Source: Methylophaga frappieri
Lineage (GTDB): Bacteria; Pseudomonadota; Gammaproteobacteria; Nitrosococcales; Methylophagaceae
Reading direction: 5' to 3'
Assembly: GCF_000260965.1 (NCBI RefSeq)
Contig: NC_017856.1
Span: 1,980,001-2,012,000 of the forward strand
DNA length: 32,000 bases
Shown here: positions 28,848 through 32,000 of the stretch, in pieces
How positions within the stretch are numbered: position 1 is the first letter of the stretch
Layout: every line of letters starts with the position of its first letter
Notes under the pieces: model-generated
What the model was told of the DNA's origin: nothing
Seen by the model: the letters and a program-made list of their open reading frames with translations, nothing else
The model's database searches: none
Translations under genes and position numbers: made by a program

Positions 28848-29408
28848 ATGCAAGCACGCCCTGAGCGGCCCCGGCTGGCCTGGGCCATTACCGGCTCCGG
28901 TCACTACCTTGAAGAATGTCTGGAGATAATCCGCGATCTGGAAGAGGTGGATATCTTCTACAGTCGCGCGGGGGAAGAGGTAATACGCATGTATGGCCAT
29001 AACCCAAAATCCATCAACCCAAACAGCCGCTATTATCATGACCGTGCCGCCAGTGCGCCGCCAGTTGGTCTATTCTATCGCGGCGATTACCATACCTTAG
29101 TGGTCGCACCAGCGACATCAAATACTGTCGCGAAAATGGTACTGGGTTTATCTGACACCTTGGTGACCAATGTCTTTGCGCAAGCGGGCAAATGTCGAAT
29201 CCCGGCGATTGTGCTGGCATGTGATACCGAGCAGCAGGTTGATACGCCGGCCCCTGACCGTGAAGTCCGATTATGGCCAAGAAAAATTGATTTACAACAT
29301 ACCGAAAATTTACGATCGTTTGAGGCGACTACCGTGGTCGAATCTGCATCGGCTTTAAAGCACGTTTTGGAACAACGTCTGGCCACCTGGCAAGACGATC
29401 ATGCCTAA
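28848..29408 (+). CDS. AfpA-like flavoprotein (HFCD/flavoprotein fold), possibly a DmrB-type dihydromethanopterin reductase
   Basis: 186 aa with LAWAITGSGHY and VVAPATSNTVAKM flavoprotein-fold motifs. It overlaps the DHPS-like gene by 8 nt. The functional suggestion comes from context and remembered DmrB/AfpA literature. Confidence 0.65.
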   Translation: MQARPERPRLAWAITGSGHYLEECLEIIRDLEEVDIFYSRAGEEVIRMYGHNPKSINPNSRYYHDRAASAPPVGLFYRGDYHTLVVAPATSNTVAKMVLGLSDTLVTNVFAQAGKCRIPAIVLACDTEQQVDTPAPDREVRLWPRKIDLQHTENLRSFEATTVVESASALKHVLEQRLATWQDDHA

Positions 29409-30957
29409 AAAAATCCTCTTTCTCACCGGCAAACTGGCTGAGCCCAGTGTGCATAAAGTGTTGCAAGATATGACGCCATTGCCATTTGAATATCGCGTTC
29501 ATCAAATGGGGTTATCCGTTGCCGCGTTGATGACCGATAAAATGATTGGCCGGCGACTGAAACCTGAAGATTATGAAGGCTTTGATGAAATCATCGTGCC
29601 GGGACGTTGTCGCGGTGATTTGGACGCATTGAGTCAGGACTTAGGCATCAAAGTGACCCGCGGCCCAGAAGAAATTAAGGATCTGCCTATGCAGTTTGGT
29701 AAAGCACGCAAAAAGCCAGATTTAAGTCGCTACGAAGTGAAGATCTTCGCAGAGATCGTTGATGCACCGGAGCGCACCATCGAAACCCTGCTGGATCGTG
29801 CCCGTTACTATGCCAGCAACGGTGCGGATGTCATTGATATTGGTTGCTTGCCTCAAGAAAAATTTCCATTGATGGAAGAAGCGATTGCAGCACTGCATGC
29901 AGAAGGGTTTAAAGTAAGTGTGGACTCACTTTCGCTTGATGACTTGCAGCGTGCGGCAAAAGCCGGTGCCGATTATTTGCTAAGCCTGACCGAGAAAACG
30001 ATCGACTTAGCTAAGGAAACCGATGCGATACCGATCTTGGTACCGGCAGAACCAGGTTCTTTGGCTTCGCTGGAACGAGCCATGGAAGCCATGGATAAAA
30101 TTGGTAAACCCTGGATTGCGGATCCGATTCTCGACCCCATTCATTTTGGTTTTACTGAATCTATTGTTCGTTATCATGAATTACGCCGTAAATACCCCGA
30201 TGCGCCCATGATGATGGGGGTCGGCAACCTGACAGAATTAACCGATGCGGATACTAGCGGCATCAATGCTATGTTGTTTGGCATGATCTCCGAGCTAAAC
30301 GTCAACTGCGTACTCGCCACCGAGGTGAGTTCACATGCTCGCCGGGCGATTCGGGAAGCCGATGTGGCCCGCAGAATGATGTATGCCGCCAAGCAGGATA
30401 ACAGTCTGCCCAGAGATTTCACTGGTGATCTGATGGTGTCACATGAACGACACCCTTTCACCGATACCGCTGAAGAAATCCACCAATTAGCGGAAACGAT
30501 TCGTGATTCCAATTATCGTATTATGGTCGCTAGAGATGGCATTTTCATGTTCAATCGCGACGGGATCGTGCAAGATATCGACCCTTTTGAGTTCTATCCT
30601 CACCTGAAAGTAGACAATGATCCCGGGCACGCCTTTTATCTCGGCGTTGAATTAGCCCGAGCAGAAGTCGCCTGGCAATTGGGTAAACGCTATACCCAGG
30701 ATGAGGATTTGCAGTGGGGCTGTGCCGTCGATCAGGCCGAAGAAGATCTGACCGAGCAAAAAGAAGCGGGTACGACGATGAAACAACCCAAAAAATCGCG
30801 CGCCACTCCCGCAGAAGAGGCTGAGGACACGCCCCGGGAAAAAATGAAAAAAGTGGTACGTGATGAGCAAGCCCCTAAAGTCAAAAAGCCGCGTACCGCC
30901 TGCGGCACCGCAGAACCCCCAAAAAAGAAAAAAGGAGCGTCCCTGTGGCACGGCTGA
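29401..30957 (+). CDS. Dihydropteroate synthase-like pterin-binding protein of the H4MPT biosynthesis type, with an N-terminal extra domain and a Lys-rich C-terminal tail
   Basis: 518 aa. The pterin-binding block GADVIDIGCLP resembles the DHPS GADIIDIGG motif. It sits in a cluster with other archaeal-like cofactor genes. Confidence 0.7.
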   Translation: MPKKILFLTGKLAEPSVHKVLQDMTPLPFEYRVHQMGLSVAALMTDKMIGRRLKPEDYEGFDEIIVPGRCRGDLDALSQDLGIKVTRGPEEIKDLPMQFGKARKKPDLSRYEVKIFAEIVDAPERTIETLLDRARYYASNGADVIDIGCLPQEKFPLMEEAIAALHAEGFKVSVDSLSLDDLQRAAKAGADYLLSLTEKTIDLAKETDAIPILVPAEPGSLASLERAMEAMDKIGKPWIADPILDPIHFGFTESIVRYHELRRKYPDAPMMMGVGNLTELTDADTSGINAMLFGMISELNVNCVLATEVSSHARRAIREADVARRMMYAAKQDNSLPRDFTGDLMVSHERHPFTDTAEEIHQLAETIRDSNYRIMVARDGIFMFNRDGIVQDIDPFEFYPHLKVDNDPGHAFYLGVELARAEVAWQLGKRYTQDEDLQWGCAVDQAEEDLTEQKEAGTTMKQPKKSRATPAEEAEDTPREKMKKVVRDEQAPKVKKPRTACGTAEPPKKKKGASLWHG

Positions 30958-31523
30958 CCGCAAAGATTCATGAGGTAATCGTCACCACCCAAAATGCAGA
31001 TGGCTCAGCACATCATGCCCCGATGGGTATTAGTGAAGTAAATGGTCACTTTCAAATAAAGCCCTTTAAACCATCGACGACCTATGACAATTTACAACGT
31101 CAACGTACCTGTAGCATCAACTACACGGACGATGTCCGCGTGTTCGCTGGCGCCTTAACCGGCCATCGAGAGTGGCCAGCCTCACGCTGTGAAAAAGTCG
31201 ATGGCCTGTATTTAACAGATGCTTTGAGTCACAGCGAGATCCGCATCAAAACAATTGACGATGATGACCCACGAGCCTGCTTTCATGGCGAAGTGATTTT
31301 TGAGCAGCAACATGGCTTTTTTCGCGGCTATAACCGTGCGCAAAGTGCCGTTATTGAAGCCGCGATTCTGGTCAGCCGGTTGTCGATGTTACCCGAACAA
31401 AAAATTCGTGATGAATTAGCCTATCTAACGATTGGCATGGAAAAAACCGCTGGTGAACGCGAGTGGCAAGCCTGGGGCTGGCTGATGGACAAAGTCAAAC
31501 AAGCAGGTATCCATGTCGACTAA
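30945..31523 (+). CDS. DUF447-like protein, function unknown (flavin-binding split-barrel-like family linked to H4MPT/methanofuran clusters)
   Basis: 192-aa ORF with a GTG start preceded by AAAGGAG at 7 nt. It overlaps the upstream gene by 13 nt and the downstream gene by 11 nt. The family assignment is from memory of methylotroph and archaeal clusters. Confidence 0.55.
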   Translation: MARLTAKIHEVIVTTQNADGSAHHAPMGISEVNGHFQIKPFKPSTTYDNLQRQRTCSINYTDDVRVFAGALTGHREWPASRCEKVDGLYLTDALSHSEIRIKTIDDDDPRACFHGEVIFEQQHGFFRGYNRAQSAVIEAAILVSRLSMLPEQKIRDELAYLTIGMEKTAGEREWQAWGWLMDKVKQAGIHVD

Positions 31524-32000
31524 TACCCAATGGCTGGCCAGCGTGCAATCATTAGCAGAGGCGCAATCCCTAAACGCTTGCCTGCCCGATATGCTGGATA
31601 TGAAGCAGCCGGCTAAGGGCGCGCTTGGCGCCCTTCCGCTGGATGTGGTGAGCGACATTGTGCGTTGGAACGCCAACCGTTGTCTGACCAGCGCCACAAT
31701 CGGTGATCTGCCAATGCAGGCGCCAATGATTGAATCCGCCATTCATCAGATGGCAAAAACCGGTGTGGATTTCGTTAAAGTCGGCTTATTTGGTGGCGAC
31801 GAACAAGCGGACTGTTTGCAGGCATTAACGCCGTTTATCAGCCAACAAAATACCCCCGTTATTGCCGTCATGTTTGCGGATCGTCAGTATGACAATGATG
31901 TCATCACCCAGATTGTTAATACCGGTTTTCGGGGAGTGATGATAGATACCGCAGATAAAAACGGTCAGTCCTTGTTGGATTTGTGGTCAACCGAGGCACT
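31513..32000 (+). CDS. mfnB: MfnB-like (5-formylfuran-3-yl)methyl phosphate synthase (DUF556 family), truncated by the window end
   Basis: My translation is MSTNTQWLASVQSLAEAQSLNACLPDMLDMKQPAKGALGALP...SATIGDLPMQ...GVDFVKVGLFG...GVMIDTADKNG. It parallels remembered M. jannaschii MfnB blocks (IDVKNP..GSLGA, AIGDVP, DYIKVGLYG, MLDTA.KDG). The ORF is absent from the track because it is open-ended. Confidence 0.7.
   Translation, partial: MSTNTQWLASVQSLAEAQSLNACLPDMLDMKQPAKGALGALPLDVVSDIVRWNANRCLTSATIGDLPMQAPMIESAIHQMAKTGVDFVKVGLFGGDEQADCLQALTPFISQQNTPVIAVMFADRQYDNDVITQIVNTGFRGVMIDTADKNGQSLLDLWSTEA

Noticed and set aside
28764-29039. 91-aa minus-strand ORF spanning the ndh/afpA intergenic region and the afpA 5' end
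   Set aside because: It overlaps the flavoprotein start in antisense. It would also occupy the only available promoter region for the cofactor cluster. It has no SD or family resemblance.
30652-30992. Two overlapping minus-strand ORFs (103 aa and 86 aa) opposite the end of the DHPS-like gene
   Set aside because: They arise from the purine-rich, low-complexity DNA that encodes the Lys/Glu tail. They translate into Phe/Gly/Ser-rich sequence and overlap two well-supported plus-strand genes.
31425-31742. 105-aa minus-strand ORF across the DUF447/mfnB junction
   Set aside because: It is antisense to two genes with strong family-like translations and has no independent signals. It is probably spurious.

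Overview
This window reads as ordinary core chromosome from a methylotrophic or methanotrophic gammaproteobacterium-like genome. I found no transposase, integrase, phage gene, CRISPR array, tRNA, rRNA or recognisable defence cassette. All gene calls rest on reading the supplied ORF translations against remembered family motifs; no database search was run.

Gene content, left to right:
- Minus strand, 1-7802: the H4MPT-linked formyltransferase/hydrolase genes fhcB-fhcA-fhcD (fhcD is cut by the window edge), a SPOR-domain protein, argS and priA.
- 7803-8149: an AT-rich spacer carrying three perfect DnaA boxes, followed by folA on the plus strand.
- Minus strand, 8631-12710: a three-gene operon of lipoprotein solute-binding protein, PAS-PAS-GGDEF-EAL membrane sensor and a 77-aa protein.
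- Plus strand, 12876-13481: a small Thr/Gln/Pro-rich ORF coupled to a short pentapeptide-repeat protein.
- Minus strand, 13460-18584: a ten-gene string hisB-hisH-hisA-hisF-hisI-hisE-hit-tatA-tatB-tatC.
- 18684-28705: fnr, a consensus FNR box and ompW, then murJ, a SCO-like protein, oxyR divergent from a 54-aa rubredoxin (missing from the ORF track), recF-gyrB without dnaA-dnaN, a perfect bidirectional terminator, and type II NADH dehydrogenase.
- Plus strand, 28848-32000: a tightly overlapping archaeal-like cofactor cluster of AfpA-like flavoprotein, DHPS-like pterin enzyme, DUF447-like protein and an MfnB-like protein cut by the window edge.

The observations most worth follow-up:
- The DnaA-box triplet beside an AT-rich tract between priA and folA.
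- A degenerate second copy of the recF 5' end that forms an 18-codon upstream ORF overlapping the recF GTG start.
- The solute-binding protein / c-di-GMP sensor / small protein cassette and its perfect 17-bp palindrome.
- The function-unknown DUF447 gene translationally embedded in the cofactor cluster.

I do not see convincing evidence for a wholly new multi-gene system here.
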